Part shown: positions 39,699-49,898 of the stretch, piece by piece
Layout of the letters: each line of letters begins with the position of its first letter
How positions within the stretch are numbered: position 1 is the first letter of the stretch
DNA from: Actinomycetes bacterium
Lineage (GTDB): Bacteria > Actinomycetota > Acidimicrobiia > Acidimicrobiales > Acidimicrobiaceae
Length of the DNA: 64,000 nt
Direction: 5' to 3'
Assembly: GCA_021822605.1 (NCBI GenBank)
Contig: JAKAQL010000009.1
Location: 39 to 64,038 of the forward strand
The notes under the pieces: generated by a model
What the model was told of the DNA's origin: nothing
What the model saw: the letters and a program-made list of their open reading frames with translations, nothing else
Databases searched by the model: none
Program-made: the position numbers and the translations under genes

Positions 39699-40772
39699 TC
39701 ACCGACGCAAGCGATTAAGTCTTAGCACGAGTCCTGAGATGATTGTCGAGCCGAGGACAACGGTCATCAGTATGGCATAGTCGGTGTTGGACAAAATGTG
39801 AGACTGCAAGAAGACGAGGGCCATAGCGATCGTCACCTCTCCTCTTGCGAGCATGCCAGCCCCTACCGCTATACGGACATGGAGCTCTCCCGGAGTGGCG
39901 GCACCAATGGCGAAGCGCGAGATGAGGAGCGCGATCAGGATGAGGCCTGCTGAGGTGAGAACATCGGCGTGAGCGAGTAAGGGAAGCCGAATTTCATAGC
40001 CAGCTGCCATGAAAAACATGGTTGGTAGTAGTCGCTCGAGAATGGTCAACCACCTTCGAGAAGTTGCCCCTAGATGGTGCGCGGTTTCGTGACCATCGAA
40101 GACCCCAAGCAGCGCAGCAGAGACTCCGCATGCCAGACCAACGATGGTCAAGGCGATCACCTTCACGAAGATCAAGAGATTCGTCTTTGGTCGCATGAGA
40201 AGCATTGCGCCGACAACCACGAACGAGGCCGCCAAGGCGATGGATGGGCTACTGGTCAAACCAAGGGTTGTGCCGGCTGCCAGCATTGGCGCAAGTACGA
40301 GGAGGGCGATGCCAAAGAAGTCGTCGGCAACTGCGGCAGAGATAATGATGGGATAACCACTTCTCTCACCCGTACCATGAGGTCGCAGCAGTCGTGCGGC
40401 GATGCCAGCCGATGTGGGAATCGCGCTCATGATGAGGGCGAGCTCTGACAATCCAGCTGCTCTCTGTAATGCGAGGAGGGTGAAGCCGACAAGACCGAGC
40501 ACGACCGCACCGATTGAGGCTAAGCCCAATCCTCGCGGTGTGAGCGGGCGGTGGCCAAGGTCGGAAAGCTCCACGCCTACGCCAAAGAGTAGCGCGAAGA
40601 GACCGATGTAAGCGACGATTTTAAGGCTTGCATCGTCTGCATTGGCACCGAGGAGGGCTCGCATCAGTGCTCCGACTACGAGGAGTGCAATGGGTTCGGG
40701 GATGCGTAGCCAGCGCTGCGGGATCATTCCAACGGCTAGGCCCACGACCACGATCATCACCATTTCGCTCAC
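39699..40772 (-). CDS. cation:proton antiporter-like membrane protein
   Basis: 357 aa with about 10 hydrophobic segments and a composition like the Na+/H+ exchanger family. I cannot point to a diagnostic motif. Confidence 0.5.
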   Translation of the reverse strand: MSEMVMIVVVGLAVGMIPQRWLRIPEPIALLVVGALMRALLGANADDASLKIVAYIGLFALLFGVGVELSDLGHRPLTPRGLGLASIGAVVLGLVGFTLLALQRAAGLSELALIMSAIPTSAGIAARLLRPHGTGERSGYPIIISAAVADDFFGIALLVLAPMLAAGTTLGLTSSPSIALAASFVVVGAMLLMRPKTNLLIFVKVIALTIVGLACGVSAALLGVFDGHETAHHLGATSRRWLTILERLLPTMFFMAAGYEIRLPLLAHADVLTSAGLILIALLISRFAIGAATPGELHVRIAVGAGMLARGEVTIAMALVFLQSHILSNTDYAILMTVVLGSTIISGLVLRLNRLRR

Positions 40773-40872
40773 CCGACCAACTCGCTTTCCCTTGGCGTCT
40801 ACTGAGTAGCAAACTCCGCGGTCGTGCCCGCGGAGGGCTTATTCGTCACCGCTCCGGTTTAGCCTAGTAGGC

Positions 40873-41547
40873 ATGCTGGTTGTGGGAAAGTTGTTGCGCG
40901 GTGTCGCGGTGGTAGGTGTGCTCGGAGCTGTTCTCTCGGCGTGTCACTTTTCGAATGGTGATTACGGGCCGGCTTCGGCGGGGGCCGGGTTGACGCCGAC
41001 AAACGGACCGGTGGGTGCGTCGGGTTCAGGAAGTAGCGCGACCGCAAAGCTTCTTGGCGGCTTTAACGTGCCAAAGACCGCGTCGAGCTATGACGGAGCA
41101 GGGTTTCCGATCCCAGATTACGGACCGATCAGCTACCACAACTACGTTAACGGCGATCCAAAGTATCCAGCTACGATCGGTGTGAGAAACTCCCCGTACG
41201 GGCAGATCCTTACCACTAAGAGCGGATATACCCTCTACATCAGGCTTGGCGATGAGTTCCGAGACAGCAAATGCTTTAAGATCTGCCTCGATGCTTTTCC
41301 CCCGGAGCTCACCAACGGCGCTCCGCAGGCTGCCCCGGGCATCCTCGCCGCAGACCTTGGTGTCTTGACGGCGAATAACTCCTGGGAACAGGTCTCCTAT
41401 GGAGGACGGCCCCTTTATCGATATCGGCTCGACACCAAGCCGGGCGAGATCAATGCCGAGGGCAAGGGCGGTATCTGGTATGTGGTGGGGGTCAATGGTC
41501 TCCCGATCACGAAGCCCCTCTCTCAGTCCAGCGCGACCAAGGATTAA
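40873..41547 (+). CDS. secreted/lipoprotein with Y-x-(F/W/Y)-x-x-D repeats (COG4315-like)
   Basis: 'LGAVLSACH' lipobox-like. '[10 protein letters not shown]' and '[28 protein letters not shown]' match the family repeat as I recall it. Confidence 0.65.
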   Translation: MLVVGKLLRGVAVVGVLGAVLSACHFSNGDYGPASAGAGLTPTNGPVGASGSGSSATAKLLGGFNVPKTASSYDGAGFPIPDYGPISYHNYVNGDPKYPATIGVRNSPYGQILTTKSGYTLYIRLGDEFRDSKCFKICLDAFPPELTNGAPQAAPGILAADLGVLTANNSWEQVSYGGRPLYRYRLDTKPGEINAEGKGGIWYVVGVNGLPITKPLSQSSATKD

Positions 41548-43544
41548 AGCGAGCTGGTAAGGATCTGGGCGACATCTAAGACTTGCTTACCCGGATCAGC
41601 CGTCCCCTCAGCTTGACGTGCCTTCATGGCATCGTCAAGCATGATCATGCAAAAAGGACAGGCGGTTGAGACCACGTCTGCCCCGGTCTCGAGGGCCTGA
41701 TCGGTACGCTCAAGGTTGATGCGCTTCCCGATATTCTCCTCCAGCCACATGCGAGCACCACCAGCGCCGCAGCAGAAGCCCTTCTCGCGACAGCGATGCA
41801 TCTCTCTGGACTCGACACCGGGAATCGCTTCGAGTACCGATCGGGGTTCGTCATAGACATGGTTGTGACGGCCCAGATAGCACGGGTCGTGATAGGTAAC
41901 ACTCTTCTCGACTGGCTTTGTGGGGTTGATGCGCTGGTCAGCGATGAGGCGACTCAACAGTTGGGAGTGGTGAACAACCTCGTAGTTTCCACCGAGAGCC
42001 GGATACTCGTTGGCGATGGAGTTGAAACAATGAGGGCAGGATACGATGACTTTGCGTGCGCCGACGCTGTTGAGAGTCTCAATGTTGGTCTGTGCTTGGG
42101 TTTGGTAAAGATACTCGTTGCCGATGCGGCGGGCTGGATCTCCCGTACAGCTCTCACGTGGACCGAGAACGGCGAAGTTGACCCCCGCGTTGTGGAGCAG
42201 GGTAGCGATGGAGCGGGTCACGCGTTGTGCTCGCTCATCGAGCGCACCGGCACAACCTACCCAAAAAAGATATTCGATGTCGGCATCGATGGTGGCAGTG
42301 ACAACAGGCACTTCGAAATCGAGACCGTGCATCCAGTCAGCGCGATGACTAGCCCCCAGTCCCCAGGGATCGCCCTGATTTTCGATGTTTCTCAACATCG
42401 AGTTCGCCTCTGAGGGGAAGCTTGACTCCATCAGCACCTGGTAGCGGCGAATGTCGACGATCGTGTCAACGTGTTCGATGTCGACCGGACATGCCTGCAC
42501 GCAAGCACCACAGGTGGTGCACGACCAAAGCACATCAGGGTCGATCACGCCAGGAACGAGGTTCTCGTCCAAAGAGGTCCCTGAAAGCATCTTCTCCCGT
42601 AGGCTCATGATGAGAAGTTTGGGAGAGAGGGGTTTGCCGGTTCCCCAAGCAGGGCACTGCTCTTGGCATCGACCGCACTCCGTGCAGGCCAGTAGGTCGA
42701 GGCGCTGCTTCCATGTGGTCTGTTGGATGGTGCCAACCCCGAAGACGTCTTCTTCGGAGAGCGTCTCTGGATCCATATTGGGGGTAGTTGCCAGCGCACC
42801 GAGGGCGATCGGACGGCGCGCAAAGGCGACGTTGAGCGGCGCCGTGAAGATATGGAGATGCTTGGAGTGAACGACGAAGATCAAGAAACTAAAGATGACG
42901 GCGATGTTGAGGACGAGGAAGATGGACTCTAGGAGGTAGTTGGTGTGCGCCCCCATGTGACGGAAGGGGATCGACAGAATGTGTGACATGAAGGCGAAGT
43001 CAGAGTAAGGGAAGTCGCCGGTGTTCACCTGGAAAGCCCGATAGGCCAAGAGCGTGATAATGACCGCCGCGATCCAACCCAGCGTGATCCAGGCAGTCTT
43101 GGTATGAGAGCCATAGAACCTTGACCCGCGGTGCCGTTGTTCAGGGGCCTCTCGAATTCGAATGACGCTAAAGACACATACCGCGATCAAGACGGCGAGT
43201 GCAAAGAAGTCCTCGAGGAATCCCAACCAGCTGTCGTGGCCAATGAGTGGTATGGCGAAGTGGCGGTCAAAGAGTAGACCGATCGCTTCGATAATGGTGG
43301 CAAGGAGGATCGTAAAACCCCAGAAGGTAAAGAAGTGGGCGATGCCGGGTACGGTTTTGGTCAGCAACTTACGTTGACCGAGCACCTCAACGGCCTCAGC
43401 CTTGACGCCTTGCTCAGCGGTCGTGCGTCCACGCTCCACCTTCTTGCCTGCACGCACCACGCCGAAAAGGTACAGGCCACGCCGTGCGACCAGCACGAGC
43501 GATACCACGATGACAACTAGGCCGACGATGAGACGGTCGTCCAT
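41544..43544 (-). CDS. membrane-anchored (Fe-S)-binding oxidoreductase (HdrD/GlpC-like, CCG domains)
   Basis: An N-terminal TM region, two 4Fe-4S motifs '[12 protein letters not shown]' and '[12 protein letters not shown]', and C-terminal Cys-rich 'CCGAGG' / 'CPHC' CCG-type repeats. Confidence 0.85.
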   Translation of the reverse strand: MDDRLIVGLVVIVVSLVLVARRGLYLFGVVRAGKKVERGRTTAEQGVKAEAVEVLGQRKLLTKTVPGIAHFFTFWGFTILLATIIEAIGLLFDRHFAIPLIGHDSWLGFLEDFFALAVLIAVCVFSVIRIREAPEQRHRGSRFYGSHTKTAWITLGWIAAVIITLLAYRAFQVNTGDFPYSDFAFMSHILSIPFRHMGAHTNYLLESIFLVLNIAVIFSFLIFVVHSKHLHIFTAPLNVAFARRPIALGALATTPNMDPETLSEEDVFGVGTIQQTTWKQRLDLLACTECGRCQEQCPAWGTGKPLSPKLLIMSLREKMLSGTSLDENLVPGVIDPDVLWSCTTCGACVQACPVDIEHVDTIVDIRRYQVLMESSFPSEANSMLRNIENQGDPWGLGASHRADWMHGLDFEVPVVTATIDADIEYLFWVGCAGALDERAQRVTRSIATLLHNAGVNFAVLGPRESCTGDPARRIGNEYLYQTQAQTNIETLNSVGARKVIVSCPHCFNSIANEYPALGGNYEVVHHSQLLSRLIADQRINPTKPVEKSVTYHDPCYLGRHNHVYDEPRSVLEAIPGVESREMHRCREKGFCCGAGGARMWLEENIGKRINLERTDQALETGADVVSTACPFCMIMLDDAMKARQAEGTADPGKQVLDVAQILTSSL

Positions 43545-43628
43545 TTTTCCTCCTCTGGCTGTCCTAAGACACCTTCACGAAGCCCATACACATATTACCC
43601 ATCGGTAACATCCATCCACAATCCTGCA

Positions 43629-44189
43629 CTAGAGGTCGAGTTGATATCGGCTTGGTGTGGGGCCGTCCTGACCCTGGTACTTGCTCGCCAAGCCATCCGA
43701 ACCATACGGGTTGTCGGCGGGTGTCGTCATCTCCAAGAAGGAGATCTGCCCAATCTTCATGCCCGGATAAATTTTGATGGGAAGGTTGGCCACATTTGAG
43801 AGTTCGAGCGTGATGGTACCTGAGAAGCCTGGATCGATAAAACCAGCGGTCGAGTGTATGAGGAGACCAAGTCGTCCAAGTGATGACTTTCCCTCCAGGC
43901 GACCGACGAGATCGGAACCGATAGAGACCCGTTCAACGGTTGCACCCAAGACGAACTCATTTGGGTGGAGCATTAAAGCTCCATCATGCTCTACTTCGAG
44001 CAACTCCGTCAGATCATCAAGGGGTTCGCGGACATCAATGAGTCCCTTTGAGTAGTTCCGGAAAACCCGAAATTTGTTGCCGATCCGAAGATCGACCGAG
44101 GACGGCTGAATGGCGTTCTCAGCAAGAGGGTCGATGGAAACTCGCTTGGCCTCTAGAGCTGCGATAATGGATCGATCGGACAAAATCAT
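43629..44189 (-). CDS. dcd: dCTP deaminase
   Basis: 'MILSDRSI...IQPSSVDLRIG...IDPGFSGTITLEL'. Confidence 0.93.
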   Translation of the reverse strand: MILSDRSIIAALEAKRVSIDPLAENAIQPSSVDLRIGNKFRVFRNYSKGLIDVREPLDDLTELLEVEHDGALMLHPNEFVLGATVERVSIGSDLVGRLEGKSSLGRLGLLIHSTAGFIDPGFSGTITLELSNVANLPIKIYPGMKIGQISFLEMTTPADNPYGSDGLASKYQGQDGPTPSRYQLDL

Positions 44190-44264
44190 ACTCCAATTAC
44201 ACTAACCTTTAGTGGTTGGCCCTACCGACGTCCATCCGGAGGTAGTTAGGGAAATCGCAAGAAT

Positions 44265-44335
44265 GCGGGCGTAGTTCAGCGGCAGAACATCAGCTTCCCA
44301 AGCTGAGAACGCGGGTTCGATTCCCGTCGCCCGCT
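44265..44335 (+). tRNA. tRNA-Gly (anticodon CCC)
   Basis: Acceptor GCGGGCG/CGCCCGC, anticodon stem TCAGC/GCTGA with loop TTCCCAA, and T-loop GGTTCGATTCC. CCA is not encoded. Confidence 0.88.
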
Positions 44336-45155
44336 CTCGATAATGTACCTGCTCAACAGCGGTGCACGGCGTCAGTTATCCTCCTTGGCCAACTCCTTGT
44401 AGACCACGTTGAGACCACCGTCGGTCCTCAAGGGGGACTCGGGGCATGCACGAGTGCTATCGTTTCACCGGGATCAGGACGGCGATTCTACGCGGCCCAA
44501 TGCTCCTCACTCCACCTAACCCGCAAACTCTCGGATGAGGCCGCTGTCTGGCTACCGCTACAAACTGGGATGCGAGCGAGTGGAGTTCCTTGAGAGACTT
44601 CTCCTACGGGACCCCACGATGGTGGACATGAACCGCCGACATCTGGTCAGGATACACCGATCCGCTAGGCTGCGAGCAGATGTGTGGCTCTCGACCCCGT
44701 AGGCGGCTGTGGCGGAAAGTGTCCACCGTGTGGGCGCCTGAGAGTGGGGCGCCTGCCGTCCAGGAGTCCTCCGTGCTCGGCTCGAGGACGAGCTACTACC
44801 ATAGTCGGTGCATAGTCAGGGGGACACATGTTCGCTACAAGAGTTTCATGGACGACCACAACCATCATGCATGGCGGGCGCGCCGCCGCCTCCGATCGAT
44901 CCCGATCGCTCGATCGAGCCTCGATGTTCTTCCACACTCGTAGCCGATCCTGCACTCGGCGTAACGGTCGGACAGCGCGCCAGAGCCGCTCTGGTGAGCC
45001 CACATTGGTCCGCTTGGTCGTCAACACCCGCGTGGCTCCAACCGCGCGCTTCGACTCCGACCGCGCTCGCTTGGCCCTCGCGACAGGGTCCCTTCTGCTC
45101 GGAGGACACCTCGCCAGTAACGCAAGGCAGCGACAGCACAAGCGAGGGGGGAGTC

Positions 45156-45809
45156 ATGCCCAATCATCGTGAGCCACGGAGTCGAGGGCTCCGCGTTGCC
45201 GGTCGCGGTCTGGGGCTACTCGCCATCGTCGGGGGTGCTGGTGCCGGTGGCTATGCCCTGGGGGCAGCTACTTACGGATCGAGGGGAGCTGTGACCACAG
45301 CTCAGACCGCACGAGCCCGCGCCGCCAGTGGGAGGAGTCGATCGGCATCAGCATCTCGATCACAGAGCGCGGTCTCACCATCCCCGAGCAAGAACTCATC
45401 GCCCCCGGACAGTTCAGCGACCACCTCGAGCTCGCTCGGCTCGGCCGCCGCTGTGACCGGCCTCTACGTGGATGGCCCGGCGGGCACGCCCCAGTACTTC
45501 CTCTCGTGGACCGCACGCCCCAACGGTACCATCGGTGGCGCGGTCAACTTTGCCTACCAGGACGGACAGACCTCGGTCGTATTCACCTTCACGGGCGCTC
45601 TCGAAGGCTCCCACGACGTTGCGACGCTCACGCCGCAGGCGATCCCCGAGAACACTGGGTCAGCGTCGCAGCCGCCATGCACGGTTCCGGCCGCGATCTC
45701 AGCATTGCTCTCGCGGGGTTCGATCTCGCTCGGAGAGTGCACGACCTACCTACACTTCGCTCCGAACGAGGCGGCCTGTACGTTCACCGCCTCGACCAAC
45801 GACCAGTGA
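45156..45809 (+). CDS. membrane-anchored hypothetical protein
   Basis: GAGGGGGGA RBS before ATG 45156. A TM 'GLGLLAIVGGAGAGGYALGAA', an S/A-rich linker and a Cys-containing globular domain. The 5' part of the 333-aa track ORF looks non-coding. Confidence 0.5.
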   Translation: MPNHREPRSRGLRVAGRGLGLLAIVGGAGAGGYALGAATYGSRGAVTTAQTARARAASGRSRSASASRSQSAVSPSPSKNSSPPDSSATTSSSLGSAAAVTGLYVDGPAGTPQYFLSWTARPNGTIGGAVNFAYQDGQTSVVFTFTGALEGSHDVATLTPQAIPENTGSASQPPCTVPAAISALLSRGSISLGECTTYLHFAPNEAACTFTASTNDQ

Positions 45810-45853
45810 GCCCGCGCCCGCTGAGATCCGAACAGCTCAGAGGAGGCCCGCGT

Positions 45854-46252
45854 CTAGGAGATAGGGGACGTGCCTAGCTCGTGTCCGCACTTGCCCGAAG
45901 TCGCCGAGCCACTCCAGGCTGCGCACGCAAGAAGCTGCGCATGCAAAAATCCGCACTGCGCGGAGTGCGAGCGAAGCTCACGGCGGCGATCGGGGAACTG
46001 ACAGTGCAGGGTGGTGAACGGATGCGCTCTCTTCGCTGCAGCGGCGGCGGGTCCCAGCCAGACGAGCGGTAGTAGGTGTTTATCGGGACGCTGCACGTCC
46101 AATGGGTGGCCAAGGTCGCCCAGTCCTTCGATGTCACGGCGAAGGGTGCGACGAGATATCTTTAGTTGGACAGCCAGCTCCTGCCAAGACCAGTGTCGGT
46201 GGGTCGAGAGGAGTGACACGAAGCGCAGCCTTCGAGAGCTTGTAGTTGCCAT
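45854..46252 (-). pseudogene. truncated YafY/WYL-type HTH regulator remnant
   Basis: The first ~50 aa 'RLRFVSLLSTHRHWSWQELAVQLKISRRTLRRDIEGLGDLGHPL' resemble the HTH_11 N-domain. The remainder is low-complexity with no WYL-like sequence. Confidence 0.4.
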
Positions 46253-47211
46253 GTTGTCCTACTCACCTGTTCCAGGACAGATCTCACCTAGTTGGAGATG
46301 GAACGTGGCACCAGCGGGGAGTAGTGTCCTGGTCAACGGTGAGCCGTCGTCATTGGTGTCGGCAACAACCTCATTTCAGCAAAGCACACCGAGAGCGCCT
46401 CGTTTGTTGACTATGTCGCAACAACCCGACCCTATCCGAGCTACGGCCTACGGGCTCACCGAAGGAAAGGCGCGCCAGAGGTCAGCTCGAAGAGTTCTAT
46501 CCATTGGGGGGCTCATCTGGGTTGGATCACTCCACATCGAGCATGCCCCCTAGGTGATGCAGATGTGCCAGAGTCGCCGAGGTGATTCGGGTGTAGCGTC
46601 TCACCGGTCAGTCTTTAAGTATCTGTAGCTTTGCACTCGAGGATGAAGAGACGCTCGTTGACGCACTTGAGACCGGCGATGATGCGCGCGGGACCCATCC
46701 TGCTCGACTATCGCGGCAGGGAGACTGGTGCCGGCATGATCGCTCCGGCCGTTGGATCTCATGCCAGCAAGTGTTGAATGGCCGAGGGGATAGCGACGTG
46801 GTGGTCTGCTCGGTTTGCGAGGTTCATCGGGTTCAGGCTGCCTCGAACTGGCGCTTGCCAACGCACTCCGATGAGCGAGGGTGGGAGTCGGGGTGTGTCG
46901 TGATAGTCCGACAGGTGGAAATGGATCACCGCAGTTGCTTGCAACCTAAGGGTGATGGGAGGGTGCTTCTAGCCATCTTGAACTTACTGGTACCAATTCG
47001 CACAGCCTGGGCGAGGACCCAGCGTGTCCCTGTACGGAGGAAGAGGCACAAAACTCCATAGGTACCTATCTGGTTGCGACGGGTACCCGTGAGGTCCGAA
47101 TTTTTGGTGGAAGTAGCAGGTGATGTCACGGTAGCGAGTAGAGTCTTCTAGCAACGGCTAAACGAATTAGCTCAATAGATAAGATTATTAGCCAGTGCCG
47201 AGGAGAAGCTT

Positions 47212-48048
47212 ATGCAGGAACAGTTCGCGATCGACAACGGAACGATTGCGTATGAGGTGACCGGAGAGGGGCCTCTTGTCGTACTTGCACACGGTATTGG
47301 GGACAGTAGGTACGCGTACCGGTTCATGGCACCAGCTTTAGTTGCGGCCGGCTATCGGGTTGCGAATATCGACCTCCGCGGCTGTGGTGAATCGAGCCTT
47401 GGTTGGGATAGCTATAGTCGCACTGCTATCGCCTCCGACCTGGTCGCCCTCGTTCACCACCTCGGCGGTCCCGCAGTCATCATCGGTCATTCAATCAGCG
47501 GCGGCGCTGCAACGATTAGCGCAGCGACGGCTCCCGATAACATTGCTGGATTGATTGAGTTGGCCCCTTTCACGCGAGCCCAGTCAATCTCTATCGGGGC
47601 ACTACTGCATTCAACGCGCTACCGGAAAGGGACCGCCTGCCTAGCCAAAACCGTTTTCATGGGGAGCCTAACGGGCTTGAGGGGGTACCTCGAACTGGCC
47701 TACCCGACCAAGCCCCACGATTGGGAAAGCGAGTCCACACGCATGGATGCCAAGCTGTGCGAGCCGGGTCGAATGCGAGTGTTGCAGGCGATGGGCAGGT
47801 CTAGTCCCAGCGATGCCGGTGCTCTGTTGGCACAGGTACGTTGTCCGGTGCTCGTCATCGAGGGTAGTGCCGATCCTGATTGGCCCGATCCAGGCACCGA
47901 GGGGGAGCGAATCATCGAGGCGCTACCTGATGGCCTTGGTGAACTTGTGGTCTTGGAGGGGATCGGTCACTACCCACATGTAGAGGCTCCCGGCCAAGTC
48001 CTTCAGGTGGTGTTGCCCTTTCTAGCCAGGGTGTCATCCCGTGAGTAG
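47212..48048 (+). CDS. alpha/beta hydrolase
   Basis: 'LVVLAHGIGDS' and the nucleophile elbow 'GHSISGG', with a C-terminal 'GHYPHVE'. Confidence 0.85.
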   Translation: MQEQFAIDNGTIAYEVTGEGPLVVLAHGIGDSRYAYRFMAPALVAAGYRVANIDLRGCGESSLGWDSYSRTAIASDLVALVHHLGGPAVIIGHSISGGAATISAATAPDNIAGLIELAPFTRAQSISIGALLHSTRYRKGTACLAKTVFMGSLTGLRGYLELAYPTKPHDWESESTRMDAKLCEPGRMRVLQAMGRSSPSDAGALLAQVRCPVLVIEGSADPDWPDPGTEGERIIEALPDGLGELVVLEGIGHYPHVEAPGQVLQVVLPFLARVSSRE

Positions 48049-48634
48049 GGCTGGGCTTGGACCGGCCTCAGTGACCGAGGCCGGTGCCCTATTGGTGGAC
48101 GAACTCGGAGCCGACCAACTCAGCATGGGGCTACTTGCCGAGCGTGTTGGAGTCAAGACTCCATCACTCTACAAGCACGTCGACAATCTCGCTGATCTTA
48201 CCCATCGGATCGCTGTGCTTGCAGCAACCGAGCTGGGGGATTGCGTACGCGATGTGGCCCAAGGCAGAGCTGGAAGAGATGCGCTCATCGCTGTTGTACG
48301 CGCCATGCGTACCTACGTGAAGGGACATCCGGGCCGCTACAGGGTCATGAACGCCGTCACACCAAGTGGACCAGAAGACCCGCTTGTCGTGGCAAGCAAC
48401 CGATTGTTGAGCTCTTTATCGGCCGTCTTAAGGGGATACCGGATCAGTTCCACCGAGGAGATCCACGCGCTTCGGATGTTACGCAGCATGTTGCATGGGT
48501 TTGTAACCTTAGAGATCGAAGAGGGATTTCGGCTCGATACCGACGTGAACGAGAGCTTTGACTGGATGATTGACGCGATTGATCAGACACTACGTTCCAG
48601 AGAGAGTGACGATACTCCGGGTTATCGGGACTGA
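48041..48634 (+). CDS. TetR/AcrR-family regulator (WHG-type C-domain)
   Basis: HTH 'LSMGLLAERVGVKTPSLYKHV' and 'LRSMLHGFVTLE' (WHG-like). The 8-nt overlap with the hydrolase gene suggests an operon. Confidence 0.8.
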   Translation: MSRAGLGPASVTEAGALLVDELGADQLSMGLLAERVGVKTPSLYKHVDNLADLTHRIAVLAATELGDCVRDVAQGRAGRDALIAVVRAMRTYVKGHPGRYRVMNAVTPSGPEDPLVVASNRLLSSLSAVLRGYRISSTEEIHALRMLRSMLHGFVTLEIEEGFRLDTDVNESFDWMIDAIDQTLRSRESDDTPGYRD

Positions 48635-48768
48635 CCATTCGAAGAGCTTGGGTGACGGCGGGTACAGGTTACCCCCGGTTTGTTGCTTTGGGTCCGAGCG
48701 AACCGACTATCACCGACTATGCCCTGTTAGCAGGCGCAGAGGCTCAGTGGACAACCTCACCAACCCAG

Positions 48769-49458
48769 CTACTGGGGACCCCCTGTAAAGGGGTCGACGA
48801 CGAGGAGGGCTGCGGATTTGGTCTCAAGTGTGACGAAGTGTCCCTGGTGATGTACTGTGAGCGCCTGCGAATCTTTATGCGTGATGCACAGTTCGCCTCC
48901 TGGGAAGATCTGATTGTCGACGAGGGTCGTCATGAGGGCCTCGTCTTCCTCAAGCTCCTCGGTGATGCGTTGGAGTCGTAACGGGACTCCCACTTCGGCT
49001 TCGTTGAGGCGGATTCCAGAGGAGGTGATGGCGGCATCGGCCGCGGTTCCATAGGGAATAGGGTTACCGTGGGGACAGCGAAGAGGGTTGGCGAGCAATG
49101 TCATGATCAGATGCTCCACCTCGTCCGAGATTGCATGCTCCCAACGGCCAGCCTCAATATGAAGTTTGACGTAGGAGAGGCCTATTATCTGATACAACAG
49201 GCATTCGGCAAGGCGATGTTTACGGACAACACCCTCGGCAAGCTTCTGCCCTTGCTGGGTGAACTCGAGCTGCTTGCCGAGGGGCCGAAGGAGGTATCCT
49301 TCGGCGACTAAGCGATCGAGTCGTTGCGTGACTGTTGGCAGCGAGCGCCCCAAACGTTCGGCGAGGCGAGTCGGAATGACTTCGATCCCGTCCTCTATCA
49401 AGTACCACATAGTCTCAAGATATTCTTCTAGAGGAGGGTGGGACTCGATGGTCATCAC
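48769..49458 (-). CDS. DtxR/IdeR/MntR-family metal-dependent regulator
   Basis: 'LEEYLETMWYLIEDG...IPTRLAERLGRSLPTVTQRLDRLVAEGYL', 'RKHRLAECLL', and a C-terminal SH3/FeoA-like domain. It is 229 aa. Confidence 0.88.
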   Translation of the reverse strand: MMTIESHPPLEEYLETMWYLIEDGIEVIPTRLAERLGRSLPTVTQRLDRLVAEGYLLRPLGKQLEFTQQGQKLAEGVVRKHRLAECLLYQIIGLSYVKLHIEAGRWEHAISDEVEHLIMTLLANPLRCPHGNPIPYGTAADAAITSSGIRLNEAEVGVPLRLQRITEELEEDEALMTTLVDNQIFPGGELCITHKDSQALTVHHQGHFVTLETKSAALLVVDPFTGGPQ

Positions 49459-49875
49459 TGTACTTTATTAGCGCTAGCCACGGTTCGCTGCTTTAGCGTT
49501 GCACACCTTCGGCCGCGCTTGACGCTGCCGCTGCCGGATCCATGCATCCCCTGGTCACACGGCGACGAATGGTGTGGATGATCACAAAGTCCTTGCACCA
49601 CTATTAGCTACTGGGCTTTAGCGGAGATTGGATGAACCAGACGAGTCAGAACCACCGATACTAGCCGGGGGTTGTGGTGTCAGTTCTGCGGTAATCGATT
49701 AGGGCAGGCGGTGAAGTGCTCGAGCATAGGCTGGCGATGAGGATACGGCTGGTGCACTTTGTGGAGACAGCACTTCTCGACGGTGTTGGAGCTCTGCCGT
49801 GGTCGTGACATGCGCCTGATCACATAGACGGCAAGGATTCGTCGATGAGGTGAACTATGCAGGTGGATCTCGTGC

Positions 49876-49894
49876 TTAGGCTAGGCTAACCTAA
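49876..49894. promoter_or_regulatory. IdeR/DtxR-type operator (iron box-like palindrome)
   Basis: TTAGGCTAGGCTAACCTAA matches the remembered IdeR consensus TTAGGTTAGGCTAACCTAA at 18/19 positions. It ends 4 nt before the mntH ATG. Confidence 0.7.
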
Positions 49895-49898
49895 ATTT

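Noticed and set aside
44808-45155. The upstream 116 codons of the 333-aa ORF, and the overlapping minus-strand ORFs 44665-45141 and 44846-45163.
   Set aside because: There is no coding-like composition. A strong RBS and an ATG at 45156 precede the TM segment. The overlapping frames are mutually exclusive shadow ORFs in 65-75% GC DNA.
49459-49500. A possible second metal-regulator box near the regulator gene's own start (TTATTAGCGCTAGCCACGG, containing the palindrome TAGCGCTA).
   Set aside because: It matches only about half of the positions of the 19-bp IdeR/DtxR consensus, which is too weak to call.
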